Shown here: positions 23,323 through 36,400 of the stretch, one piece after another
Numbering within the stretch: the stretch's first letter is position 1
How the letters are laid out: every line of letters begins with the position of its first letter
Assembly: GCA_964658305.1 (NCBI GenBank)
Contig: OZ210885.1
Location: 25,048,001-25,112,000, forward strand
Direction: 5' to 3'
DNA: 64,000 nt
From: Leptogorgia sarmentosa
Taxonomy: Eukaryota
Notes under the pieces: model-generated
The model's input: the letters and a program-made list of their open reading frames with translations, nothing else
The model's database searches: none
Told to the model about the DNA's origin: nothing
Made by a program: the position numbers and the translations under genes

Positions 23323-25627
23323 AAAAAAGGGTGTTGGTCAGTGTTGTCCTCCGTTGCTAATGTAGAAACATTGGATAAACTGGGTGGATGCACTTGCGAT
23401 TCACTACTTTCCTTTGCATCTGCTGACTTCTGATTTGCTATGTCCTGTTCGCTAACAGAACCTAGACTAGTATTTGAATTAAATTTGCTGCCAGTAGAAT
23501 TAACCATATTTTCTAAGACTTTGTGTGGAACTGAATCTGCTCTTATCAACCTTGGAACAAATTCATTATCTGATGAAATATCGACATCGGTATCAGCTTC
23601 TGCAGACACGCTGGAAGAATTTTCTCTGTGTGGAAACGACTTTCTCTTTTTCTTTTTCAGACGATATTCACTAGATCTAGCTTCTTTAGACTGAAGCTTT
23701 TGGAGCTCTAACTCTAACTTCCTCTTTTTAGTATTTTCTTCCTGGATACTTTTCGTTATTTCAGTTGCCTCCAAAAATCTCTCGGTATTCGAATACTTTC
23801 CTTTCTGTTGCTGCAAGAATTTGATCGCTTCTGTTTGACTTGAAATATTTTCCGTGAGCTCAGTAATTCTTGCTTCTCTTACTTCCTGACGTACATACTT
23901 CCTCTTTTGCTTTTCTTCACGACAGCCAAATATTTGGGATCTGGAAGATTTCTTGCTGTAATTGTAACCATCATTGTGCACTTTTTCCCTGGCGAATGAT
24001 AGCAATTTCGCTCTGTTCATGAGGAGGGAACCATCATTCTTACAAAGCTGGTAACTGGCCATGTTTACAGCCTCTTGATACTTTGTAAGTGGTTTTCCGC
24101 TACCACCGTATATTCTACTTTTATCACACAAATCTGACTCTGGTATATTCAAAACTGTTGCAACTTTGGTAGTGTTGTGGTCAACCTAGAGATAAATATG
24201 TAAACATCTCAATATTGTACCAAAAATTAGGTATGCATAACTTGGTAAGAAATGTATCAACAGGTATGTATGTATGTAGAGTAATGTGCTCCCCAGGCAG
24301 TACAATTAAGCAGATGTCATGTACTGTAAAATACCTACTATAAAAATATTACCCACCTTTGTTCTTGGCCCAATTCTAAGTTGGCCACCACTTATCACCA
24401 GGGTTGCTTGACCACTAGCCTTATCTGACCCTGTTTAATTAAATACAATATGAAAGTAGAAATTGTGGACATTGTTAATTATATATTGTCACAACTTACA
24501 TGTCATTTCTTAAATTGTGGGTTCTAACACCAGTAAATAATATTACATGGTAGATGATGTAAGGCAGAAAGGAGGCCATGACAAAGGCTGGTTGCATGAT
24601 ATTATTGGATCTTGTTATTGTCAAGTTCGTTTAGTAGCCATAACTGTAAGTCTTTTAAAACAATAAGGAACTCCATTTGGTGCAAAATGCTGGTGAAAAA
24701 ATCTGAGTAGTACATTTTCCCCACAGAAGCTAGGCTTTTACAGTAGGTTTACAAGTAGAGCAAAACTTACCTACAGTGCTTGTGTTTAAAGAATTTGAAT
24801 TGTCTTCTGTTGAGCTGGACTCAGCACTTGCATGGACCAAATCAGGTGTGAAACGACTAATCTTGTCACTGTACTGTATTAAAACAATGCACTGGTCTAT
24901 ACATGTATGCCTACGGACCTATTTAACTACTTTTTTAATCCAGGCACAGTGAATTTATCATAAGACAAGTGGAAGTAAGATTTCTTGAAAATTGATAAAA
25001 AGAAACTATTTATAGAGTTGACGTATTATTACATTGTTTATATATTTAATAGAAACGGATAAATTTACCTGGACACTTCCACAATATTGCTTGTCTTGAC
25101 GAATGTTCACTTTTACTTTATCTTTGTTTCGTAAGTTATTAATATCTACGTCTATATATTCTTCCCAGTCCTTATCATAACGTTGAAAACAAACGGTAGA
25201 GTATTCGTCCAGTTTCACGTTGAACAGCTCTACAACAATTTGAGCCTTGTCTTTGCTTTTTAGTGATGCATCAAGATATAAAACCTTCTTCATTTCATTG
25301 TATTCCATTAATACGCGATCCTTAAAAATGGAAACGAAAATTACTGTATATAAAGTCATAACAAATTATAATAAAAGTAAAGCCAGAGCTTCAAATATTC
25401 AAACCAATCAACGGTCGAGTATTCACAAACACAGGGAAATATTTATATAAATATTCATATATTAAGAATAGTAGTTTTAATTTTAATATGCGCAATGTAT
25501 TAATTCAGCTTTTAGTATATCTATATTAAAATACACAAATTGAAATATACGTTGGTATTTCTTATGAAGTTCTTACCTGAACAATATCTGTGACAATATC
25601 ATCACTTGCCGAGTACAAATCCGCCAT
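23316..25627 (-). CDS. Five-exon ORF1 of the Zator-like element, 449 aa, unknown function (coiled-coil/basic)
   Basis: Exons 25627-25577, 25320-25069, 24873-24771, 24430-24357 and 24185-23316. All introns are GT-AG, phases are consistent and there are no stops. Confidence 0.75.
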
Positions 25628-25678
25628 GATTGCAAATACATGTGGCCAAGTTCGGTTTTCTTTCGTATCGAATCGTGA

Positions 25679-25747
25679 TAGCTTGCTCGCAGCCCCCGCC
25701 CGCAAAATGAAAACAGGAAAGTAGGGGCGGGGGCTGCGAGCAGGCTA
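25679..25747. repeat. Miniature TA-flanked hairpin element
   Basis: TAGCTTGCTCGCAGCCCCCGCC ... GGCGGGGGCTGCGAGCAGGCTA. Confidence 0.75.
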
Positions 25748-27249
25748 AATCCTGACAGATCGCAAAATAAACAACATGCAAAATCCCATCATTTCTCCGA
25801 GGTTATTGGGCAGCCGCTTACGAAGATCCTATATTTTCCCCACATGTTGGGCAAAATTTTCTTTCAATGTCTCCACAAAGTTACTAACTCACCCTACTAT
25901 GGCCCGGGGTCCCCCCCCTCGGGGAAGCCGATGACACACGCATTAACTTACATGGGAAATCCCCAATGTAAAATGCATTAAAATGCAGACTGACTTTTCA
26001 TTGCATTTCATATGTTCTGTTTCCTTTTTCCAAAAATGTCTGTTCATGAACAATAACTTAAAAGGAGTGTGTTTTTTTACATTTTCCCAAAACCTTGCTT
26101 TGCAAAAGAAATAGCCTTATCAAAGTTTGTTTTAAAGCTCTCATAGTTAGAATGCGCGACTGGGATATACATAACCATAGGACAAGTATTTGCTTCAGGC
26201 AACAATTTGCCAGTTGAATCTTCAAGATAATCCACACTTAGCTTTTGTGTAGCTGCTGAAGGTAGTGAAGGATAGTTTGTCCAAAACTGTACCAGGTCAT
26301 ACAGATTCTCCTCATTACCATCTTTGTCTACAAACAAATTCAGGAAAACTCGGATCTTTTTATTGAAATCAAACACAAAATGCAAGAATTACATGAAGTT
26401 TGAAGATGGCTCTCTCAAGCCAATCAAATTTGTGTAACATCTGTTTTCTGTATTTGATGTCATGAAAAAGGTCGATAGGTGTATGAATTTATTTCTGTAT
26501 TGGAGCATGTTCACCAAACTCACCTCTTCCATCCAGTTCTTCAATGTGCTGATCAAGCCACATTTGGGCCTGTCTGCAGTTTTCATCTGTTGATTGAGAA
26601 TACTCCAAATGCCTTTTTGACTCACAGATACTCCGCAGGAATATTTGTGAGTCTATGCTATCGGTCTAGCTCTTCATTAGTATTCTATTGTTTTATAATC
26701 CTCCAGCCTGCTTTGCGTGCTTGATAAGCATAAAACCTGGCAGACCAGTTTGAAAATTCTCTTGATGTTCCTCGTGTTTTGGCGTTCAGAATAAAATACG
26801 GTGAGTTTTTTATATGTGCATACATTAAATTGCATTTGTCAATGTGCTTAATTAAACAGTGCATTGTTTACATGACCTTTGAATATTCTTGTCGGTTGAA
26901 TCGGATTTTGTTCTGACTTGGAGTTTTGCATTCACGTGTGCTGACGAACTCGTAATTTCTTTGTTTTTATGTAAAAAAGATCAAGTCATACTTCAAGAAG
27001 TTCAACCAGGAAGCACGGTAAATTATAAGATATAATATTAATTGCAGCAGTGATTTTGTTTACTATTGAAGCAAAGACCAAAAAGTGAGAGACAAAGTTG
27101 ACGACCTTAAATTGTATTCCGTAATTTGTATCCGTATCCATTTGCCTAAACATGAGTGATTTGAATATTGTTTGTGTTGCAGCTGGTGGTTGGAATGTTT
27201 TCCTACCTGTTGGTAATGAGTTAAGTTATGAGACAATGAGTAACAGTTT

Positions 27250-30200
27250 GATGTTGGTGGGGATGGTGACTGTTTTTTTAAAGCTGTTTCACACCAATTG
27301 TATAACAGTCCTGATTATCACCAAAATGTTAGAAAAGCAGGTATTGATTATATTTGTGCACACCCAGAACAGTTTATCGAAAGCATTGCAGGCAAGTCAT
27401 GGTGTGAGTATATAATTGATATGTCACATCAAGGCACTTGGTGTGATGCACTTATGGTACAAGCTGTTGCTGATACTTTAAATTGTATAATTGACGTTAC
27501 TGAGTCAGCTGTTAATTTCAGTGAGACAGCTATTGTTCATCCTACAAATAGCATACAAAATCCAAATATTATATATATAGGTCATTTGGGTGAATTTCAT
27601 TATGTATCAACGATAAGTATAGTGAGACCTGAAAAAAAACTTGACCGTGAAAAGCTGAGTAAGTCAAGATGGCCAGGCATGAGAAAAGATGTGAGTTTGC
27701 AACATTCGCAAAATACAAAAAGTACCTTTCCACCTCTGAACTGTTACATAACAGAAAAGAAAACAAAAAAGAGGCAGTTGAATACCAAGGTGAAGAGTAG
27801 CATTGAGAAGAGACAACGAGTTGTTGCTAACAATAAGTTTATCGAATCTTTTCACAATAGCATTGAATGTGGCCCTGAATATATTTGTACTTGTTGCGAC
27901 CAGTTGTGGTATAGGTCATCAGTACAGCTTTGCAATAGTGGCAAATATAACTTGTGTAGCCCAAACATGATAAAGATGTGTATTACTGATGTCAAAAGTG
28001 TGAATAACAATGAGTGGATTTGCAATAGTTGCCATTCAAATTTGCTGGCCGGTAAATTATCTGTGTTTTCAAAAGCAAACAACATGAGTTTTCCTGAAAT
28101 TCTCAATTTGACATCATTAGAAGAAAGAATAATATCACCACATATTCCTTTTATGCAGTTGTGAGAACTTCCCAGAGGAGGTCAACTGAGTATACATGGA
28201 AATGTTGTTAATGTTCTAGCTGATGTGAATACAACAGTTAATTGCTTACCAAGGCCCTTGAATGAATTACAAACCATTCCGTTAAAACTCAAACGACGTA
28301 TTGCATACAAACATCATTATTTGTTGGAAAATATAAGACCATTGAAGGTTTTAAAAGCAGCATTTGGTTATGGTTAAGTATTTGGTTGAGACTAGTCAGT
28401 TATTTAAAGATGAAGGTATTGATATTGATACTTCCTACCTTGATACATGCAACCAATATAGCAATGAAAGTCACCCATTGCAGTTAAATATCAATGAAGC
28501 ACAGTATCAAGAATTTGGGCAGTTGTGTGACGAAACTGATCTGTGGTCAGAAGTTGAAGAACAACCATCAGGGGTGATGGATACTTTGTTGGTTGAACCT
28601 GATGTTACTCAGGATTATGATAAAATCCTCAGTTTTGCACCAGGTGAAGGAAACAGACCTCTTGGGTTGTTTGTTGACCAAAACTCGGAGCACTTATCAT
28701 TCCCAAACTATTTTTTGTGGAAAGAAAAGATCCGATGAATGCCAAGTTCCTGTCCAATATAGTACAATTTGCAAATGGGAGTTGCGTAGTCGTGATCGTA
28801 GAGCTGCTGAATCAGTTCCCAATATTTTTTACAACCTGAAAAAACTCCAGATCAAGGACAGTGCTGACAGTTCGAAAGTGCAAAACAAAAGGTAAAAATA
28901 GGTACACAAAGTGTACATGTATCTGCGCCCATGTAGCTTGATGATCAAGTCTTATTTGTTTTCAGCTTTTCGATACACGCATCTTATCTGTCCCTAATAC
29001 GCGATCTGATAAAATGATTTACTGCTAGGGAATAGGCGAATAGCGCAAATACTAATTCCTTTCAAGACGTGAGGTTGTGTGGAGACGTATTCAATACTTG
29101 ATATAAGCTTTCGTGACTATCTCGCATTCCGGAATTCCCGCGATCATATATCAAATTGCATAAGGAATTGAAACTTGACGACATATGATATCGCATTTTA
29201 TGTTATTGCGTCTTTAAAATAGACACAGCGCTTTGCAATTGTTTGTGAAAAATGTGGCTCTCTAAAAACCAAATTTACCCTTTTCAATACCGTATCATAA
29301 TAATATATTTATATACAATATATTCCGTCCATTCATGCGGATTTGCGTAGACGCTAAAGTGTATGTATGATCGGTATGCGCATTGCGCGTAGGTTAAAAA
29401 CAGAATACTTGAAACTATATATGATTTCGTTTGTTTTGTCTCGCGTTTAATAAACGCACAAACCCGTTATATTACAAGCTACGAAATCTATTTTCCTGGG
29501 ATTGAATGTTTCAACCATTCCGTATGGCGAAGCGTCAAAATATAGTGGATATTCCGTGATCACAATGACACCGCGGGCAGTCCAAACATGTACAGTGTGT
29601 GAGTGCGACAGTACCGACACGCTAAAGTATCGCGCTAAAGTATCGTATGGAAAATATACGCGCTATTGTGTCAAGACATTAAACTCTTTCATAACCTTAA
29701 ATATTCGCTGTGTTCAATTGTATTAATTGCGTCATGATATTTTTGCTTTGATGATCTAAATTGCATAGCGAACGCGAACCTCTTTAATTAATATCTTTAA
29801 AAGCAATGCCAATGTCTGCAATTTGCGTCATGATATTTTTGCGTATAAATTTCCTTAGTATAAATAGTGTTCTAAACGGCGTAAACGCTCATAAATTAAC
29901 CTCTATTTCACTGAAGTCACTCGTCGCTGCGAACATTATATTTTCTTTTTATCTGGATATTCATGCGAAACAAAATCCACAATCAAACACATCACCACTC
30001 TTTAGCTCGCGCCTATATCAGCTGCCATTTTGTAATATTTAGCCCGCAAGAACTGCTTTGCACACCTTCACGTTGGTTCCCTTAAATTTGTGGGTGGGCT
30101 CAGTGAGAATTACATCATCTCAATGTTACGTTGTCGCCTATTGGCTAAATTTAACTAACGAATTCGCTGATTGGCTGCAAGTTAACAGCTAACAACTAAC

Positions 30201-30348
30201 AGCTAACAGCTAACAGCACGATAGCAATATATCTGCGTCACCACGTCACGCAGATACAAAAAGTACACTGCACAAGACTTTAAGACAGAGGACGGAGTAA
30301 AAAAAATCATTAATCTTGATGAAGGATATAGAGTACTCAGAAACTTAA
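27250..30348 (+). pseudogene. Helentron RepHel N-terminal part: OTU protease, Zn-binding region, DUF6570-like region
   Basis: VGGDGDCFFKAVSHQLY..GTWCD..HYVS, GPEYICTCCDQLWY, WICNSCH, LEERIISP, GNVVNV and FAPGEG..P. There are stops and frameshifts, and a HINE splits it at GKK|YTA. Confidence 0.85.
28899..30257 (-). mobile_element. Non-autonomous Helentron derivative (HINE/DINE-like)
   Basis: Minus-strand 5' end is T-run-GTATCTGCGT..ACGCAGATA followed by (CTGTTAG)n. The 3' end is GCAGATAC plus a GTACAC-ttt-GTGTAC hairpin. It sits in an A/T run, and removal restores KCKTKGKKYTAQDF. Confidence 0.82.
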
Positions 30349-33300
30349 GAGGCTGTCTCTGTAAAAATCACCCACTGAATTTTAGTGCAAAATTAGATTT
30401 CTCTTATAAGCTCATTTTTTGTTACTTTAGCCATAACTATTACGAAAACGAGTTACATTTCATTCATAAGTCTATTTTGACATTTTCAGGATGGATACTA
30501 AGATAGGAGTAGGCAAGTTCAATTATCACAGTTGAAAATTGGAAATATGACTGGTATTCTCGTAGCTATAAAACAAGCGGATTTTAATTTAAAACCTTAG
30601 TTTTTATACAGTTTATACATTTGGTATAGCTGAATATCTGGACGTATTATTGTTGAAAATGTGCCTCAGAATTCTTCAGAACCAGCTATAAACTTACAAC
30701 ATGTAAACTGGTTTTTGACAAAACGCAAAAATATGACTACTTCAAGAGCCAATTTTAAAAGTGTGGCACCTATCTGAAGCGCCTGAATTATATAAATGGA
30801 AACAATAAATAACCTGTAACTCAAAACCAGAATCAAATTTTTCTGCATGCGAGGTTAGGGAAAATAACAGTCGCCTACAAATCACAAAATATTCAAAATG
30901 TAGTGCCAACCGACAGAGTATGGCCGTCGCAAAGTACTATGTAATTCGATTACAAAATCACTTACCTAGCCATAATGGCCTGTAAGTTGAGAGTTCTGAT
31001 CTCCGTGTGACATTTTAAATCAAAGATAATGTCACATAAACTGAAATTTTATCCACTGGCATGATGTTTGTAAATAACTATTAAACGAAGCTCATAAAAT
31101 TATGAAGTAAAGTACAGATATCCGTCGAACTCGCATGCTTTGTTGGCCACAACGAGCTTGCTTGCTTGATTCTGACGGAAAATGAAGCCAAAGACATCAG
31201 ATAACCACAATTAATTTATCTAAGGTCCTAAACACGTATCAAATGCAAAATAATTGCATCAAACGGCTTTGAATATGGAAAGCGGAAGTAAAGTTAACAA
31301 TAATGTTTGGTTTACTTTTGCAATTTGTTTCCAGGCCCTTAGTGAATTTATTTGAAGGTCAGCATATGAGGTTCAGTTACAGTTATGGAGCCAATCTGTT
31401 CTTTCTCTGAGCTTACAAAGTCGTCTTGTGGAGAATTTCGTAAATCGCCGAATATAGTGCGTAAATTACTTGAATGTAAAGAAGACATAACAGGTCATTT
31501 GCAAGCATGTCGCCTTTCCAGGCTAGTTGGAAAAATCCAGGAATATGAGCTAATCCTTGTAAGGGCAGGAATATTTGATTTCCCCCCAAACCAGCTGGAA
31601 AAGATGTGGATTTGTCCGAAGCACCGGTACAACTTGGGTCGTAATTTGGGCGTCCTCTAAGAGCGTGTCAGTACCCTCTACACTCTAGCGCTAAAAAAGC
31701 GTTGAAGAATATCGACGTTGTCACCCTGCAGATGTATAGGCATGCGCAAAAAAATTTTGGCGTCACGGTTACAGTAGGTTCAGGTAAAGTTAATTTGGGT
31801 GATGCTCTGACATGTTTATTAATGTATTTTAATGTAGAGTGGGTATGCTTATGATCCCATGCTAAAAAGACAAGAAGATCTTGTCCAAGGCTGGCGCCCC
31901 ATGCCCGTGTATGTTTGAAGATTTCTTTCAGTGCGTTTTGGACAATGTTGCAATAGAAGGAAATATGTAATTATGTATTTTCTTCTGTACACCTGTTTGT
32001 TCTTCTTGTCTTAAAAAACATACAAAGAAGTTCGAGGAAAACCAAGGATGGATAGAACTAGAAGATCAAGAAAAAGGTAAAATGACAGCAGATTGTCTTA
32101 ACGACCAATCACGGTGAGACGTGCTATACTTGAATAAAACCTCTGAATAATTGGAACAGTAATTTCACTTAACTTTAATATAGGATAGGACAGGCATAAT
32201 TGCTAAAAAATTTGCTGAAATGACCATGAGCAACTTCAAACCCTGGGAAGGCACCCCAGTTAAACCAAAGACTATGCCTGTACCTGTACCAGCTGACTGG
32301 ACTCCAGGGCAATGGACGGGCGAAGACAGTGGAGATTCTGAAAAAGAATACCGTCCAGGTGGAGAAGAGAATGATTTGTTGATGTTCCAATACAATGAAG
32401 CAATATCTAGTTTGTCGGAGAAAGTTAAATTTGGAAAATTCACCCCTTTGACATTTCAATTAAATACAACATGGGAGGAAGCATCACAGGAGGAAACGAA
32501 ATCTGCATCGATAAAGCCATGGAAGGATGCAAGTTCGTATGTGACGTAATAGCAGGAACTAGGGCAAGATGATAATTGGTCAAAAGCTATAAAGAAGTCT
32601 CTGCTGGACGGTAAACTTTACTTCAAAACGCAATACTGTAATCATTGCCAGGATTCCGAGAGCCCTTGTCCTGATCATTGCTTCAAGTTAGGGCTTAGTG
32701 ATCCCAAAAATGCAGACTTGAATGAAACATGCGCACATGAACATACAACACGTTGAAACCAATGTGATAACATTTCTACATGCATTAACAAAATAGAGCG
32801 AGATATCAAACACAAAGGTCTCGCGTTTTACAGTAAGGAGCAACAAGAAGACATCGTTTATGATTTTGAGCAAGCTGCAAAAGCTATTAAACAGTGGAAA
32901 GCACATATCATGTGGAAAGCACATATCATGCGGACAGCAAATCAAGAACGCGCTAAACAAGATGACCTTGCAAAGCTTGACTGCAGTTCACGATTGGTCG
33001 TCATGGATTGGCCGATGAAGTTTCTACAGTTGTGCTACCGTGAAAAGCAAAGCGATTGGTATGGGAAAAGAGGACTTAGCTGGCATGTTAGTAGCGTTGT
33101 GTCACGCGATGAACATGAACATGAACATACAACACGTTGTAACCAATGTGATAACATTTCTACATGCATTAACAAAATAGAGCGAGATATCAAACACAAA
33201 GGCCTCGCGTTTTACAGTAAGGAGCAACAAGAAGACATCGTTTATGATTTTGAGCAAGCTGCAAAAGCTATCAAACAGTGGAAAGCACATATCATGGGGA

Positions 33301-34222
33301 CAGCAAATCAAGAACACGCTAAACAAGATGACCTTGCAAAGCTTGACTGCAGTTCACGATTGGTCGTCATGGATTGGGCGATGAAGTTTCTACAGTTGCG
33401 CTACCGTGAAAAGCAAAGCGATTGGTATGGGAAAGGAGGACTTAGCTGGCATGTTAGTAGCGTTGTGTCACGCGATGAGTTAACTAAGAAATTGCAAGTC
33501 ACCACGTACACACACTTATTCGACCAATGTACGCAAGATTGGTTCGCGGTGGCGTCAATTATTGAGCACCTGCTAACGCATTTGAAAGCTAAACACCCCT
33601 CGCTTGCAAGTGTCTATTTTCGATCTGATGAGGCAGGGTGTTATCACAATAACTTGTTGGTTGCTGCAGTGAGAGATATTGGAGAGAGATGTGGAATAAC
33701 CATTAAAAACTATGATTTTTCCGAGCCCCAAAGTGGAAAGGACATATGCGACAGGATTCTTTGCCCGCTAAAGGCGTCCATTCGCGAACACTGTTCTGAG
33801 GGTCATGATATTTTGACAGCATCAGACATGAAAGAAGCTTTGAAGCAACATCCTGTAAGTGGGACGTCACCTTCAGTAAACGTCATTGACAAGTCAAGGG
33901 AAAGTCTCAAGGTGAACAAACTTGACAACTTCGGTGCGTTCCATAACTTCCATTTTGAAAGTTCAGGAATTCGGGCATGGAAAGCTTACGGTATTGGTCC
34001 GGGAAAGCTTACGGTATTGGTCCGGGAAAGCTTTTTCCGTTTAAACCACTGTATGTGAAGCATCAGGGTCCAACTATGCTTCAAACAGAGGGTAATGATG
34101 CAAAGCATTGGTTTCATTCGGTCAAAGAAAGAGATTTGAATCCAGAGCGAAAGAAACAACCAACCGCGAGCGAATCACTTTTCGAGTGTTCTGTGGCAGG
34201 ATGTGCCCAAGCTTTTGCATTG
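30349..34222 (+). mobile_element. Sola3-like transposon, 3'-truncated, with transposase pseudogene (about 31386-34222)
   Basis: Starts TTAA|GAGG. Motifs MWICPKHR, VMDWAMKFL..REKQSDWYGKRGLSWH, RSDEAGCYH and FSEPQSGKDICDR. Confidence 0.78.
32736..33477 (+). repeat. Tandem duplication (about 360-385 bp) inside the Sola3 transposase
   Basis: CATGAACATACAACACGTTG...GTGTCACGCGATGA occurs from about 32736 and again from about 33120. The translated segment repeats. Confidence 0.9.
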
Positions 34223-35014
34223 TCCTCTGTTTAAACGAAAATAAAATAAAAGTTAACTCCATATCCCAGGAAATGCTAAGATTAAGAACACATAAACGTC
34301 TTAAACTATCTCCTACCCCACTAGATAGCATTTCTGATATTACTTCAATAAAAATACTATTTCAAAATGTAAGATCACTGCACCTTCATGTCGATGATGT
34401 GTTGAATGATTTTAAAGTTCAAGCAGCTGATATGAATATATTCGTTGAAACAGCTTTGTGTTCTCATGACAATGATTTGGATTATTCTCTTGACGGGTTT
34501 AAACTATTTAGAAACGATATTAAGCCACAAGCGAGTAGGCGTACTCCATACGGAAGTGCCATGTATATAAAAAACTTGTTGAAATGTCTAGCAATACCAT
34601 TTCGATACAACTATAACGAAGTAGAAATAACTATAACCATCATCAGTCATCCTTCACCAATTGAACAAATTTACGTGGTTGGTATATATCGATCTAAAAC
34701 TAAAGTTAAACTTAGTAAATATATTGAAGCTTTAGATTATCTTCAAACAACCCAGCTTGCAAACAAAGCAACCATTATTTTTGGAGACTTCGATGTTGAT
34801 TTGAGCAAAAATTCCCATGAAAGTAAAGCTATCATTTCAAATATGGTTGAATCAAAAGGCTATACTCAACTTTAGGCTAAACAATAATACAACAGACTAC
34901 AGAACAAAAATTGACCATATTTATACAAATATTCCTCAGATGATTTGTATGTCTGGAGTTCTTGAATCTTATTGTAGTGATCATAAACCAATATATGCTT
35001 GTCTCACATTGTAA
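34222..35014 (+). pseudogene. Helentron helicase tail plus AP endonuclease (EEP) domain
   Basis: LNENKIKV..EMLRLR, then QNVRSL, FVET, VGIYRS, GDFD, TKIDHIYTN and SDHKPIY. One frameshift near 34870. Confidence 0.85.
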
Positions 35015-35471
35015 GTTATTTCTATTTCCTTTTTTTCCTGATTCAGATACACCTGTCATGGACCGTTCGGCACCTGAAGAAGGTAAATACATGATAATGC
35101 CAGTTGGTAATCCCAGTTGCTTTTAATTATCTGCAGTGTAGACTGTAAACCTATTTTTACATATTCATAACATTCCAATGCATAAACTATTTCGATAATA
35201 GGTGAATAGTAAACTACACTATACAGCTTGCATTTTTACCAGAACCTGTTTTAGTTTATGATACTATTTTTATGCTTTTACCAGAACAAACTATGGTAAC
35301 GCCACCTACCACTCCAATGACGCAGAAGGCGTCAACAACAAGCCAGATCGGTAGACCTTTAAAAAGTGGTTCACAAACATCAAGTAAGTAGCTTTTTTCA
35401 ACAATGACCATTGCATAGTTCTAATTTAATGACCGCGCGTATATTAATATTGTTTATTTTCACGTTTACAG

Positions 35472-36400
35472 GTAATGTTGCAATTGGCTATTTGCATAAC
35501 TTGTCTCCTGTTAAAAAGAGCGAAAAGAAAAACTTGTATTTCGACATGAGATTACAAACCAACAAACGTACCTACAGGGCTGATTTACATGATGAATTCA
35601 ATTCGAGGTACGAGTCGTCATCCCCAATAAAAATCAGCAACTGCCAGCTGAAAATGAACCCCAGATCAAACGATGAGGAGATTCATGTCAACAAAAGATC
35701 GAAAGTGTTTGACCCGAGTGTCCATGAAATTGATTTTGATACTGACATGACTCAATGACAAACAGAATATCAGGGAGTCCAAATTTGTCTTCAACAAATA
35801 CAGAAGAAGCTGTCATAACAGATGAGTCTGCTACGGTTAGATTGGTTTTATGGGAAACAGATATCAACAAAATAGAATCGCGCCGCACCTGCTACCTTAA
35901 ACGAGCCGTAGTCAAAGACTTCAACAAACTTAACTACATTACATTGAATAGACAAACAGAAATAATAGAAAGTGTACAAAGCGTTGAGAGATTGGATGAA
36001 GATCTTGGTCACAACATCAAATACTCCCTTCCTTCGCACCCGAAGGTGTACAATCGGTACACAGGTATTTATCATGCAAAAGATGTTCAATGTCAATTGT
36101 TAACAGTGGGAGGAAGGTAGTCAAATGCACTGCTTAAACCAATTGAAATCTTCCTGCCACCAAACCGTACAAGCTAGTGCATTCTTCATCAAAAGTGATG
36201 GAGTCAAGCACTCTGTTCTTCTTCGGGACGACATCCTTCGAAAAGTGTTTCAAATGTATAACACTCAGAACACTGAAAAACGTGCTGTTCAATTTGAACA
36301 ACTAACAGATAACATTGTGGAAGTCGTTCTTTCCGTTTCAGGGGCTGACGTCACATACGGAAACAACAATGTAGCCAAAGATCACCTTATACCAAGTGAA
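35472..36400 (+). pseudogene. RPA1-like OB-fold ssDNA-binding protein of Helentron 1
   Basis: GYLHNLSPVKKS..YFDMRLQT and ITDESATVRLVLWE. It is similar to the 49124-50146 gene and is frameshifted. Confidence 0.72.

Larger units (their letters stand above)
19991..25942 (-). mobile_element. Zator-like DNA transposon, apparently intact
   Basis: Perfect 40-bp TIR TGCGTGTGTCATCGGCTTCCCCGAGGGGGGGGACCCCGGG. TTA TSD at 19988-19990 and 25943-25945. Confidence 0.88.
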
